DNA of 64,000 nucleotides from an uncultured delta proteobacterium (GTDB taxonomy: Bacteria; Myxococcota_A; Polyangia; Haliangiales; Haliangiaceae): positions 1 through 64,000 of the forward strand of contig CAVUQH010000008.1 of NCBI GenBank assembly GCA_963743525.1. Reading direction: 5' to 3'. Made by a program: the position numbers and the translations under genes. Every line of letters starts with the position of its first letter. Position 1 is the first letter of the stretch. This document shows positions 10,311-21,300 of this stretch, in pieces. Under the pieces are notes generated by a model, which made no database searches, had not been told where the DNA came from, and saw only the letters and a program-made list of their open reading frames with translations.

Positions 10311-11620
10311 TCACTGCGCCGTGGCGGCGCCTGGCTGTTGCTGAAGCCACGCGTCGGCGCGCTGGAGAGCGGACTGGTTGACCTCGTCGGAGGCGTCGGG
10401 GTCGTAGCCGAATGACTGGCCGGTGATCTTGTCCAGGGCGGCTGCAGCCTCACTCTTTTCGAACGGGAACGCGTCGGAGTGCAGCACCCTCAGCAGCTGT
10501 TCGGCAGCGGCGTGGGCGTTCATCGCCCCGCTTTCCACCTTCTTGACCAGCTCGTCGGGCGCCGCGAGATCCTCGGCCGAAGCGCCGGGGGGATCGGGGG
10601 GACGGTGGCTGCCGGCTGGGCGCCAGCCGCAACCATCCGCTGTGCTTCGGCGCTGTGTGCCGCCTCCACGCCGTGCGCGGTCTTGCCTTCGGCCCACGCC
10701 GAACCCGACAGAAGGTGCCCGAGGCCGGCGAATCCCAGCACTACCACCGCCACAGCGGCGGTGCCGACAGCGACCCGGCGCACCGTATGCAGGCGATTCT
10801 CGGAGCGCCAGATGCGCACAGCAAGGGCGATCGGCAGCAGCACCACACCGTACCAGGTGACCACAGTCGGGCCGCTCGGCAGATCGAACAGGTGCGACAT
10901 CAACAACCCCGACGCGGTGACGACCGTGCCCACCGTCCAGCCGATCACGACCTGTAGGCCGCGGCGCTTGGTCAGCAGCAACGCGACCATCGCCGGCACG
11001 ACCAGGAACACGAAGACCAGCAGCACACCGGCGGTGCGCACCGACAGCGAGATGGCCACACCGAACGAGGCGTAGAACAAGAAGTCCCAGGCGCGTACCG
11101 CCATCCCCGCCAGAGCCGTCGAGCCGTGGTTCTCGGACACCCGCCACAGCGGTTTGCGGAACAGCCAGTGGATCACCCCCAGCGAGCCGTAGACCGAAGC
11201 GGTCACACCCACTGTGCTCCAGTCGACCCACAACAGGCGTCCGGTCATGATGCTCTGCACCTGTTTGGCGCCGCGCGGCCCCTCGCTCACCAGGAGGATC
11301 GCCAGCGCCGCGGCCAGCGCGTAGATCAGGCCGATCACTGCCTCCTGCGGCACTCGCGTGCGCTTCATGCGCGTGATGGTGAACACGCCGGCGCCGATCA
11401 GGGTGAAGCTCAGCGACAACACGTAGGCGCCCGGCGAGTCCGTGGACAACCCGAACAGCAAGCCGACGGTGGTTCCCAGCGCGGCAACCTGCGCCAGGCT
11501 GAGGTCGACGAAGATCACCTTGCGCCGCAGGACATGGAGGCCGAGGTAAGCGTGCAGCCCGGTCAGAACCAGACACTCGGCGAACGCCGGCAGCAAGATC
11601 TGCCAGATGGTGGTGTTCAT
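10311..11620 (-). CDS. Metal ABC-type permease (ZnuB/ABC-3 family) with soluble C-terminal extension; frameshift near 10590
   Basis: YLGLHVLRRKVIFVDLSLAQVAALG, PQEAVIG, DFLFYASFG; the tail continues in the 10311 frame (ALDKITGQSFGYDP) after G/C homopolymers. Confidence 0.85.
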
Positions 11621-12600
11621 AGTGAGGCCTCACCGCTGGTGGTCTGCTGCAGGTCGGGGTTGCTCCATCGCATGTGTGCGAGCTTGCGGCCCCCGACCAC
11701 GATGACCAGCACGACGAATGCCACCACCACGCTGCCCACGGCCAGCCTGGCCAGCGCCTTGCCTCGAGCCTCGGCTCTGACCAGGTACAGTACCAACGCG
11801 CCGCCCAGCAGCACCACGCCTTGCCCCAACACCAGCGGCGGTCCGCCCGGCAGGTCGAGGTGCCACGCCAGCAACAGCGCCGCCACCGAGGCCGACGCTG
11901 ACGAGGCGACTGCGATCGCGAGCTGGTTTCCGAAGCGCGTGGCGATCAAACAGCCGAGGATCGCCGGTGCTACCAGCATGCCGAAGGTGGGCAGGACCCC
12001 GATGGTGCGAACCGTGACCGAGATGACCAGCCCGAAGATGGCATAGAAGAAGAAGTCCCATCCCGCTGCGCGCACGTCCGTTCCATGCTCCCCGCCCTCC
12101 TCCGACGACAGGTCGCGCAAGCGGCGGTGCGTCGGCAGCAACAGCAGGCCGGCTACCACGACCACGACCGCCACCCAACGGAGGTCGCTCCAGGTCGTCC
12201 ACAGCACGGTGCCGGTGAGGACATCCTGAACGTGCTCGGCGCCGTGGGGCGAGCGATCGACCACCAGGTAGGTCGCTGCCGAGGCCGCTGCGAAGACCAG
12301 ACCGATCACCGCCTCGTGCGGGATCGGTCCGCCCCGCGGTCGCGTGACTGCGAAGATCGCGGCCGCCACCAGCGCGAAACAGAGCGAGAAGATGTAGGCG
12401 CCCGGTGAGGTCGGGTCGATCCCGAACAGGAATCCAACCGACGCGCCGAGGGCCGCAACCTGTCCCAGCGCCAGGTTGACGAAGATCACCTGGCGGCGAA
12501 TGACGTGGACCCCCAGGTAGGAGAGCACCGACGAGAACAACAGCACCACCAGGAGTGGCGCCGCCATTACGTCGAAGAAGCCGAGCTGCGCGCCCATCAC
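11617..12600 (-). CDS. Metal ABC-type permease (ZnuB/ABC-3 family)
   Basis: YLGVHVIRRQVIFVNLALGQVAALG, PHEAVIG; paralog of the downstream gene; overlapping start/stop. Confidence 0.9.
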   Translation of the reverse strand: MMGAQLGFFDVMAAPLLVVLLFSSVLSYLGVHVIRRQVIFVNLALGQVAALGASVGFLFGIDPTSPGAYIFSLCFALVAAAIFAVTRPRGGPIPHEAVIGLVFAAASAATYLVVDRSPHGAEHVQDVLTGTVLWTTWSDLRWVAVVVVVAGLLLLPTHRRLRDLSSEEGGEHGTDVRAAGWDFFFYAIFGLVISVTVRTIGVLPTFGMLVAPAILGCLIATRFGNQLAIAVASSASASVAALLLAWHLDLPGGPPLVLGQGVVLLGGALVLYLVRAEARGKALARLAVGSVVVAFVVLVIVVGGRKLAHMRWSNPDLQQTTSGEASL

Positions 12601-13649
12601 TTGGCCGAGGTGGCGCGTTGCGCGGCGAGGAGCTGGTCGATCAAGCGGTCCATCACCTGCTCGTAGGTCTTCACGCCCCGCGCACCACCCGGGTACATGG
12701 CGACGATCTCGACTGTCGCCCCGACCCGCTTGGCCACGTCACGCACATGCCCGCGGTCGTAGAAATTGGCGGCGATGAGCACCTTGATGTTCTGCGACCG
12801 CATCTCGTTGACCACGTCGGCGACGTGGTCGGCCCGCGGCGGCACGCCCGGCTTGGGCTCGATGAAGTCGATGAAATCGAGCCCGAACAGGTGGGCGAAG
12901 TAGACCCAGTTCTTGTGATAGGCGACCAGCTTCATGCCGCGCAGCGGCATCGCCTTGCCCATCCAGCCGCCGAGCTTGGAGATCAGCGGCTGCCCCTTGT
13001 ACTTCTTGGACTGGAGAAACGAGATGAAGCGGTCGGGGTTGGCCAGCAGATGAACGATCGTGGCAGCGCCGAGCAGCCGGACCAGCTCGGGCCCGACCAG
13101 CTTCACGGTCAGCTCGTCCCCGTAGCGTTTCGCGTTCGCGGCGTAATACTTGGCGTTGGTCGGGTCGATGTTGGACAGACCCGCGGCGATGTTCCGCGCC
13201 ACCTGCATCATCGCGAGGGGCGACAGCTGGAAATGCGGGTTGCCGTAGATGTGTACGTGGCCCTCGCTCTGGCTGATGACCGTCGGCTTCTCGAGCAGGT
13301 GGATGCCGGCCGAGGCGGCCACGAAGCCGCGCTGGCCGCTGCGGATCTTCGGATTCTGTGACAGGTCCACGAGCCCGGGCACCCACAGCTCGAGGTCGAG
13401 GCCCGTGCTGACGAACAGCTCGGCGCGAGCCAGGGACTCGGCCAGACTCGGGCGCGGGCGCACGAAGTGCGGATCCTCGTCGCCGGAGGCCAGCGAGGTG
13501 ACCGTGACCTTGTCACCACCCACCTGGCGCGCCACGTCGGCATACGTGGTCAGCGAGGTGACCACCCGCAGCTTGTGGCCGGCGGCATGACTCGTACCGG
13601 TCGCCGCAAGGATCAGCCCGAGCGATAGCAGTATGATGATTTTTTTCAT
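12597..13649 (-). CDS. Zn/Mn ABC substrate-binding protein (ZnuA/TroA family)
   Basis: Signal peptide, DPHF, GHVHIYGNPHF, YHKNW, EPKPGVPP. Confidence 0.92.
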   Translation of the reverse strand: MKKIIILLSLGLILAATGTSHAAGHKLRVVTSLTTYADVARQVGGDKVTVTSLASGDEDPHFVRPRPSLAESLARAELFVSTGLDLELWVPGLVDLSQNPKIRSGQRGFVAASAGIHLLEKPTVISQSEGHVHIYGNPHFQLSPLAMMQVARNIAAGLSNIDPTNAKYYAANAKRYGDELTVKLVGPELVRLLGAATIVHLLANPDRFISFLQSKKYKGQPLISKLGGWMGKAMPLRGMKLVAYHKNWVYFAHLFGLDFIDFIEPKPGVPPRADHVADVVNEMRSQNIKVLIAANFYDRGHVRDVAKRVGATVEIVAMYPGGARGVKTYEQVMDRLIDQLLAAQRATSAK

Positions 13650-13668
13650 GATTTTCTCCTTGCGGCTG

Positions 13669-15081
13669 TCAGTAGAGGTCGTGCTTGTGCGGCCCCACGG
13701 CCATCATGACCTGGAGGGTCAGCGTGTCCTGTGGATCGACGTTTGCGGCCTGTAGGTGATTTAGCTGCAACCGCACACGGACCCACTTGCTCTGCCACCA
13801 GGTGACATAGGGAACGGCCTGCCAGCTCCACTGGCCGGAGTTGCCGGTGGCGAGCGGCTGGGTGATGTCGCCGCGCAGACCGACGTCCACCGTCTGCGAG
13901 ACTTTGACGTCAACGTAGCTGTAGCCGCCCAGTGCGTTGATGTTGGGTCCCATCAGCGTCTTGTGCGCGGCGAACAGCTCGCTGCGCCACGTCACACCCT
14001 CGTACTCTTGGCGCGCGGGCGGCTTCCAGCTGACCGTCAGGTCGAGCCCGCCCACCGACGTGAGGTGGTGGGCGTCGTCGTTCACGCCCGTCAGCCCGGA
14101 CAGTCCGAGCTCGAGGTAGGTGCTCTTACTGAGGCCCCAGAAGTTGCGCAGGTGGAACAGTCCGGTCGGAATGCCCACCTGCTGGCCGGTGAACAGCGTG
14201 TCGTTGACCGGATTCGTCGCCTGCAGGGTCAGTGTGTGGCTGCCCGACAGCATGACCGGCAGCCGGATCTCGGCCGAGGCGCCGATCGAGTTGAGGCCAT
14301 CCTCGCCGAGCATGGTGGTCAGCGCCAGCGGGCGGTCGTACTGGTCCATCGGCGGCTCGTGGTAGCGGTTGACCACGCCGAACTGCTGGCGGAACTTGCC
14401 CAGGGTCACATTGACCCGGGGCAGCAGCGCGATCCAGGTCCCGTAGGCCTCCGCGAACTCCACGCCGTCGGGATGGACCTCGATCGCGGACTTGAAGAAC
14501 GAGTACGGATCGAGGTTGGCCTCGATGTGGACACCGACGGTTCGGAAGAAGAAGCGGGAGGCATCGTCGAGGCTCCCGAGCTTGTAGTTCGTGGCGACCA
14601 GCTGGCCACCGGTGTCGGAGATGACGCTGATCTCGGGGTTCTCGGCCTGCAACGACCGCTGGCCGCTGGTGAAGACCTTCGGCGTCGGCGCCTTGGTGTC
14701 ATCACCTTCGGCTGCGGCCGCCCCCGCGGCGGCCTCGGCGTCTCGCCGCAGGGCCGCCAGGTCGTCGTCGTCGTCGTCGCCGGCATTGGCGCCGTCGGGG
14801 GGCGTCGCCGGAGGTTGCGCGACGGTTCCCGGCGCCAGTGGTGTGTCGCCTTCGTTGCCTTTGGTCGCGTCCTGGTCCCGGGGCTGGGGTTGTGGTTGTG
14901 GTTGCTTGGGCGTGGCGGTGTTTTCGCCGCCACCTTCCTGGGCCCTGGCAACGCCTGCCGAGCAGATGGCAATCAGGGCTGCGGCCAGGGACGCTCTCAG
15001 GGCCCCCGCAATGCCACGAGATAGTGATGAATAGCTCGCCGCCGGTGGGGATCCACCGGGGCGCACGCAATCGAATTCCAT
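13669..15081 (-). CDS. Outer-membrane beta-barrel protein of the metal-uptake operon
   Basis: Signal ending ARA-Q, Pro/acidic linker, NPEISVI, GKFRQQFG..N..H, C-terminal GPHKHDLY; start uncertain. Confidence 0.8.
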   Translation of the reverse strand: MEFDCVRPGGSPPAASYSSLSRGIAGALRASLAAALIAICSAGVARAQEGGGENTATPKQPQPQPQPRDQDATKGNEGDTPLAPGTVAQPPATPPDGANAGDDDDDDLAALRRDAEAAAGAAAAEGDDTKAPTPKVFTSGQRSLQAENPEISVISDTGGQLVATNYKLGSLDDASRFFFRTVGVHIEANLDPYSFFKSAIEVHPDGVEFAEAYGTWIALLPRVNVTLGKFRQQFGVVNRYHEPPMDQYDRPLALTTMLGEDGLNSIGASAEIRLPVMLSGSHTLTLQATNPVNDTLFTGQQVGIPTGLFHLRNFWGLSKSTYLELGLSGLTGVNDDAHHLTSVGGLDLTVSWKPPARQEYEGVTWRSELFAAHKTLMGPNINALGGYSYVDVKVSQTVDVGLRGDITQPLATGNSGQWSWQAVPYVTWWQSKWVRVRLQLNHLQAANVDPQDTLTLQVMMAVGPHKHDLY

Positions 15082-15083
15082 TG
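15068..15083. promoter_or_regulatory. AT-rich palindrome, candidate metal-repressor operator
   Basis: CAATCGAATTCCATTG, 16 bp with one mismatched pair. Confidence 0.35.
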
Positions 15084-15157
15084 TTCTCACCGCCTCGCAC
15101 CCGCGCAGATCGCGCAGATGCACCGAAAAGGGTCGTCTAACCGTCAGGGACTACGGG

Positions 15158-15469
15158 CTAGGCGACGACGGGCGGTGATGTCTTGGGCGCCAGACTGAGC
15201 GGGCAGTCGGTGGTGTGGAGCGGCTGGACCGCGACGACCACCTGCTCCTGCCGCGGCGCCAGCGGCGGCGCTGGCACCACGATGGCCGGCGCCGGGTCGC
15301 TGACCACGGTGTGCAGCATGCACGCCGTACAGTGGTCCGTGCTGGACGCGGTGCCCGGGTGGACCCGGTGGGCGTGGGCCAGCGAGCCCGCCGTCACCGC
15401 CAGGAGCACCAGCGCAGCCAGGACGACCTGGCGAGCGGTGCGGTGGCGTAGATCGCGGGCGCGGAACAT
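15158..15469 (-). CDS. Small His/Cys secreted protein (DUF2946-like)
   Basis: Signal/TM segment, HAHRVH, HCTAC, C-terminal PKTSPP; typical position ahead of a metal receptor. Confidence 0.7.
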   Translation of the reverse strand: MFRARDLRHRTARQVVLAALVLLAVTAGSLAHAHRVHPGTASSTDHCTACMLHTVVSDPAPAIVVPAPPLAPRQEQVVVAVQPLHTTDCPLSLAPKTSPPVVA

Positions 15470-15654
15470 CCGAGTGGATTTTATGGCTCCAGGGCTTGCA
15501 CCTTGTCAAGGGTGGACCCACGCGGTGCTGTGGTTAGTCCCCCAACTCCGCTGCTTGACCACCCTGCCGGCCCACGGAAGACTTGCGTGTGGTGACGGGT
15601 AGGAGGGACAGGGGAGACATCGATCTCGGCAAGCTCCTGGATAGATCAAGGAGC

Positions 15655-15811
15655 GAGATCTACATCTTCGATCGCCGATGGGCCGCTGGCCGGGCAGGAG
15701 CTGGAGGCCCGCGGCGAGCAGCTCCTGCAGAAGCCGTTCACTCCCGAGCGAGTTCGCGACCGGATCGAATCGCTGCTCAGTGGCGCGCGCCGCGTCGCGA
15801 AGCGCTCGTGA
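15655..15811 (+). pseudogene. Response-regulator receiver C-terminal remnant
   Basis: LLQKPFTPERVRDRIESLL with no in-frame start. Confidence 0.45.
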
Positions 15812-16023
15812 CCCGCAGGTAGTTCGCGGGGCAGCCCGTCGCGTCGCGTCCGCAACGCGGCCGAAAACGGCGCGCCGGTGGCATCGAAGACGCGGCATGC
15901 GACGCATGCGCGCCGCCTTGCATCGTTGCGCGGAAACCTGGTCACAAACTCTCCCCGGCTGGTTCTTGCTAGAGGAGGGGCATCGGCCCCAACATCTTCA
16001 ACCAATTACGGGAGAGCAGAATC

Positions 16024-16521
16024 ATGAGCGCGCTGGATCCGATCGCGGGCATTTCTCTGGAGCGGTACGCCGACCTGGCGGCCAAGATGAAGGACTGTGG
16101 CGGTGACCTCGAGGTGTGCGCCCAGATCGCGGCCGACAATGGAGTCGATCGCGCCACCTGGCAGGCCGCCATGGACGGCTGGAACGCGCGGATGAACGAC
16201 CCGGCGACGGCGGGCGAGGTGGCCATGGCCTACATGCCCCTCTACCAGGCCGCGTTGGCGCGCACCGGTTTCTCTGCGAGCTGCAGCTTCGAGGACTACG
16301 TGGGCATGAGCGCGATGGTCAGCTCGCCCGTGTACGGCCTGGAGAAGATGTACGCCCACTACAACATCGACACCCCGGCGTGGAGTCAGATCTCGACGCA
16401 TTGGGTCGGGCAGCTGACGACCGACCAGGCGCTCGCGTCCCGGTTCGGGGCTGCGAAACAGCAGTGGATGGATCACTTCGCCGCCGGCGGCGCGCCTCCG
16501 GCACCGGGTCGCGGCGCCTAG
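16024..16521 (+). CDS. Hypothetical protein with two helical repeats (DUF6620-like)
   Basis: GGAGAG RBS; ISLERYA..GVDRATW..W..RM and CSFEDYV..NIDTPAW..W..QL. Confidence 0.85.
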   Translation: MSALDPIAGISLERYADLAAKMKDCGGDLEVCAQIAADNGVDRATWQAAMDGWNARMNDPATAGEVAMAYMPLYQAALARTGFSASCSFEDYVGMSAMVSSPVYGLEKMYAHYNIDTPAWSQISTHWVGQLTTDQALASRFGAAKQQWMDHFAAGGAPPAPGRGA

Positions 16522-16553
16522 CTCGACTGACTTCCTTCGCCAAAGGGCCACCC

Positions 16554-18339
16554 ATGCAGCGTTCCGGTCTCCGTTCGATCTTCGACGCGTGCTCGCTCGA
16601 GCACGTTCCACCCGGGTTGCGATTCTCGCTGGGGCAGGCCCTCACCGCCGCCGACGAGGGCCCTCCTTCGTCGGCGGCCGATGCGCTGTGGCATCTCTAC
16701 GACGAGGCCGAGCCGTGGCTGGGACGGGAGCCGGCGCTGGAGGCGATCGGTCACTCGCTGCTCGAAGACGATCGCCATCACGCGCTGCGCAGGTTCGGCT
16801 GCGCGTGGCTGACCTGGTTCCCCACCGTGGCCGCGATGCAGCGCCTGGGCGAGGTGGCGCGCAATCCCGAAACGCCGGCGCCGCTGCGCGAGCAGGCGAC
16901 GTGGAGCCTCGGCTATCGCCAGTCGCGCAACACGCCCGCCGAGGTGCAGTGGTCGCGAGAAACGATCGACGCGGCCGACGCGGCGCTGATCGCGCTGGCC
17001 GAAGACGCGACCGCGGCGGGGGCGATCCCGTTCGACAAACTGCCCCTGGCCCTGCGCCACGTGCGCGCCCCCGCGCTGTTCGAGTTGTTCGAGCGTGCCC
17101 CTCTGTTGTGGGGCGACGCCTACGAGGCGTTCGCCTCGCCCGCTCTGGCGCGCACGCTGCTGGCTCGTCTCGGCGGAGCTGTCCAATGCCCACCAGCTGC
17201 GGGCCATGCGCCTGGCTGCGGCGACCCTCGGCGAGGAAGCGGTCGAGCCGCTGCTGCGCAACGTCGAGCGCAGCGCGGGTGATCGGACCGAGCAACTGCT
17301 CCTGGCCATCACCGTTGGAGGCGAGCCGCAGCTCGCCCGGTTCGAGGCCGAGATCGAAGGCTACGTCGGCGCGCCGCTGCTGCGCCAGCGGGCGCGCTGG
17401 CATGTGCAGAACCCCGGGGTGGTGCCGACGGTGCGCGCTCTACGAACGGTGCGCAGCACCGCGTGCATTCCCGGCGGCGAGCGACGTGACGCGTGCGCCC
17501 GCGCCGCCGATGACTTCGCCGCGCTGACCCCGTTCGCCCGCCACCCCGAGCGCTACCTGTACACGCTGTGGGCGACGATGGTGAACGCTGCCGGCGATCC
17601 CGGGCGCGCCCGGACGCTGGCCGACGCCCATCCCGACTCGCGCGGCGAGGTGACGTCGCTCTATCTGCGCGACCTGGCCCGGCGAGGTCGCGCGACCCAG
17701 GTGATCGCCGCCGCCCAGCAGCTCAAGGCGGTGGAAGAGGGCGCGCTGTGGCTGGCGATGTACGGCCGGCCGTTCCTCGCCCTCGAGCTGGCGGCGACGT
17801 CGCGGTTCAACAACCCGCAGGTCGCCGCGGCCCGGGTGCTGGCGTTGTATCGCGCGGGTCGGCCCGACCTCGCGGCGCGGATCCTGGCCGAGGAGCTGCC
17901 GCCGGCCGAGGTCGTCTCGCTGGAGGTCTTGCCCACCTTCCCCGGCGACCACGAGCGCTGGATGGTCGAGCACTACCCGGAGCGCGAGCCGGCCACCACC
18001 GCCCTGGTCGGCGGGATGGCCGACGTGCTCGCGCTGGGCGAAGAGGGGCCCGAGGGCGAACCCGACTCGTACAGCTTCGAGACCATCGGCAATCTCGAGC
18101 GCTGGCTCACGCGTCCGATCGACGGAGCCACGGTCTACCTGGCCGGCGACTTCCCCGGCGACTCCAGGGCCCGGTACGCCGAGGCGATCGAGCAACGCGG
18201 GGGCCGGTTGGTCGCCGGACCGTTCCCCGGAACCCATTACTACGTCCACGGCCTGACCTGTCTGGTCACGACCATCGCCCAGCTCGAACGCCAGGGAACC
18301 CGGCGTATCCGCAACCAGGAGCTCGGACTGTCATGGTGA
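16554..18339 (+). CDS. HEAT/helical-repeat protein with C-terminal BRCT-like domain; frameshift near 17175
   Basis: LREQATWSLG HEAT-like motif; joins the 17095 frame; C-terminal GATVYLAGDF..IEQRGGRL..THYYVHG. Confidence 0.7.
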
Positions 18340-21300
18340 GCCTTCCCCATCGCATCGCTTTCCTCCGCCCCGAGCTGCCGATCGCCGGAGACGCCCGGCG
18401 CCGCCACTGCACGTCGCTGGTGATGTGGGTCGATCTCGCGTCGCGCTGTCTGGCCCATCCGCGCCTGGCCGTGCTCGCCCCCGACGAGCTGGGGGTCGGC
18501 ATGGTCGACGGCACGTTCGTGCCCGATCCGAGCAAGGCCGACGGTCTGGGCCGCTACTTCGATCTCCACCGCTGTGACGCGGTCGCGTGGCTCGAGGTGC
18601 GACGTCGCCGATGGCACGGCCCACGCCACCCTCCACGTCGACGCAAACGATCGGGGCAACTCCTCGGTCGACGCGGTCGGCAGCGCCGGGAATCTGGGCG
18701 AGCTGGTCGACCGGGTGCTCGCCCAGTGGCTGATCGAGCGGGGGCTCGAGCCTCTGCCCGAGCGGACCGCGTACACCACGGCCGAGCTCGAGGCGCTGGT
18801 CGAGGTGCTCGAGCCGGCGTTGACGGCGTTCGCGGAGCGAAAGGCGAAGCAGGTCCACGCCACCGAGTCCGCGGAGGAGCCGCCGCCGGAGCTGCCGGCG
18901 TTGCCACAGGCGCAGCGGAGCCTGACCATCGCGGCGATCCGCGCGTTCGCGATCTGCGTCGGCGCGGCGGTCCACGAGCCGATCCTCGCCCTCGACCCCG
19001 ACGACCCGTGGGCGCTGCACGACGCGTTCGAGGCCGGCCAGGCCGCCGGTGCCGACTTCTCCCTGCTGCGTCGCGCCCTGGCGCGCGCGCCCTCGTTCGC
19101 TCGCCTGCTGCGGTCGCTGGTCGTGCCCCGCGGCCTCGAAGGTCAGGAGCTGCCCGAGATGCCCGACGAGCTCGAGGCGCTGGGCGCCTGCGGCATGGCC
19201 ACCGTCTGCGCGCCGGGTGACGTTCGTTCCCGCGGTGCGTATGCACAGCGGCTGCGGGCGTCGGCGCGGCACGAAGAGGTCGCGCGCCTGCACCGGCGCA
19301 CCCGCGACGACGCGCCGTACCGCGCCTCCGCCTGGCTGCCGCTGCTCGCCTGCCAGAAGCCGCTCGAGAAGGTCGGCCAGTGGCACCGGCTCGGTGGCTG
19401 GGGCGCCAACACGGTTGGCCTGGTCGTCGGCGGCATTCCCCAGCCGTTCAACCCGTGGAGCATGCGCGTCGATCTGCACGCCGCCAACGCCCTGCGCAAC
19501 GTGGGGCTGCTGGGTGAGGCGATCGTCTTGCGCGACAACCGCCTCGAAGGGCTCCACGCCGAATACCCGCGCGAGGTCGAGATTCTCGAGGGCTGGCGCA
19601 AGCAGGCCCGGTTCGTCGCCTGGGCCTATGCCCGCGAGGGCTACTTCCGCGGCGAGGACGCCCGCGTCCTGGAAGGGTTCTCGCGCGCCGAGCCGAACGA
19701 CGGCGTCGACCTGGGCATGTTCATGGAGTCGCTGGTCGCCTGCGGTCGCAGCGACGAGGCGGTGCTCGCATGGGCCCACCTCGGGCGCGGGCGCGGGCTC
19801 GACACCCCGTTCGCGACCACCAGCGCGGTGCGGGCGATGGTCGCCGCAGGTCGCTTCGTCGACGCCTTCGAGCTGGCTCGGGCTACGCGGGTTCGCCACG
19901 TGCGCCGCGGCCACGAGGCCGCGCTCGACCGTTCGCTCCGGCTCCTGGCGCACGCGCCGATCGAGCCGTTCGAGGCGATGGTCGCCGATCATCTGCGCGC
20001 CGGCGCGCGCCGCCTGGCGGCGTCGGCTGCCCGCGAGGTGGCCGACTTCGTCCTCGGCGCTGCGGATTCGGCGGTGATCCGCGAGGCGCTCGCGCCGTCG
20101 CCCGCACTGGCGTTCGCGCCCGGCTGGCTCGATGGCTTCGCCGCCGTGCCGGGTCGCGCGGCGATCGACGAGCTGTTCGCGCCGCCGGCATCCGGCGCCG
20201 ATCCGCAAGCCTGGGCCGACGCGCTGGTCCAGCGCTGGCCGGACGTCCGCTTCACCGAGGTCCGCGAGGACGATGACGCCGCCGCCGGTCGCGTGACCCT
20301 GTACCTGTTCGCCCAGGCGCTGTCCCGCTACCTGGCCACCACCACCGGCGCGCCGAGCGTGATCGCCGGCGGGCTGCGCACCGTGGCCAGCGAAGCGCTG
20401 CTCGCCCTCGGTCACCTGCGCGACGATCTCGCCGACGCGGACCTCCGCGCCCTGTTCGGCGCGCTCGAGTCAGCGGCGGGCGTGCCGGCGTCCCTGCTCG
20501 AGCCGTGGCTGCTTCGCATCGAGCAGACCCTGCGCCTCGAGGAGCGGACCGGCGGACGGCTCTCCTCCCTGGCCAGCGATTGCCCCGCGCTCGTCGACTA
20601 TCTGCGCGGACCCGAGCAGATCGCGGTCGACACCTATCAGGTGGCCGAGTGGCTGCGCGAAGGCACCGCCGAGGCAGCGGCCCGGGCGTTGCCCCGGCTC
20701 GAGCGGCTGGTTCGCGCCGGCGGACCCGGCTTGGCCGCCGCGTGGGCCGAGGCGGCGGACCGCGCCGACGCGCCCGATGCCCTCGACATCGCTCTCACCG
20801 CCGCGTTCCTGGCCGAGGGCGTCGACGCCACCCCGTGCGTGATCGCCGCCCGGCGTCTGTTCGCGATCGGTGGTGCCGCGGACGAGGTCGCTTACGAGCT
20901 GCTGTGCCGGGGCATGGCCGGTGCGCGCAGCGAGGCGTGGCGCGACGAGCAGCTCGAGCAGCTTCGCCCGCTGTGGGAGGCCTCCAGCCTGGGTATTCCG
21001 TTCGGCTTCTCCGAGGGGATCCCGGCGAGCGTCGAGCTGCTGCAACGCGGTGACGGCGCCGGGGCCGCGCGGATCCTCCGCTGGCTGCTGGCGCTCGATC
21101 CGAAGAACGGCGAGGGCCACCGCAACTTCGGCATCGCCTACTCGATGCAGGGGCTGATCGAGCCTGCGCTGACTCACTTTGCCCGCGCCTCCCGCGATCA
21201 AGACACACAGTTCGCGTCCGGCACTCTGTTCCAGGCCGGCCATCCCGCGCTGGCGATGCGCGTTCTCGACTACGCCAGCCAGTGGTACACGCGCGCCGAG

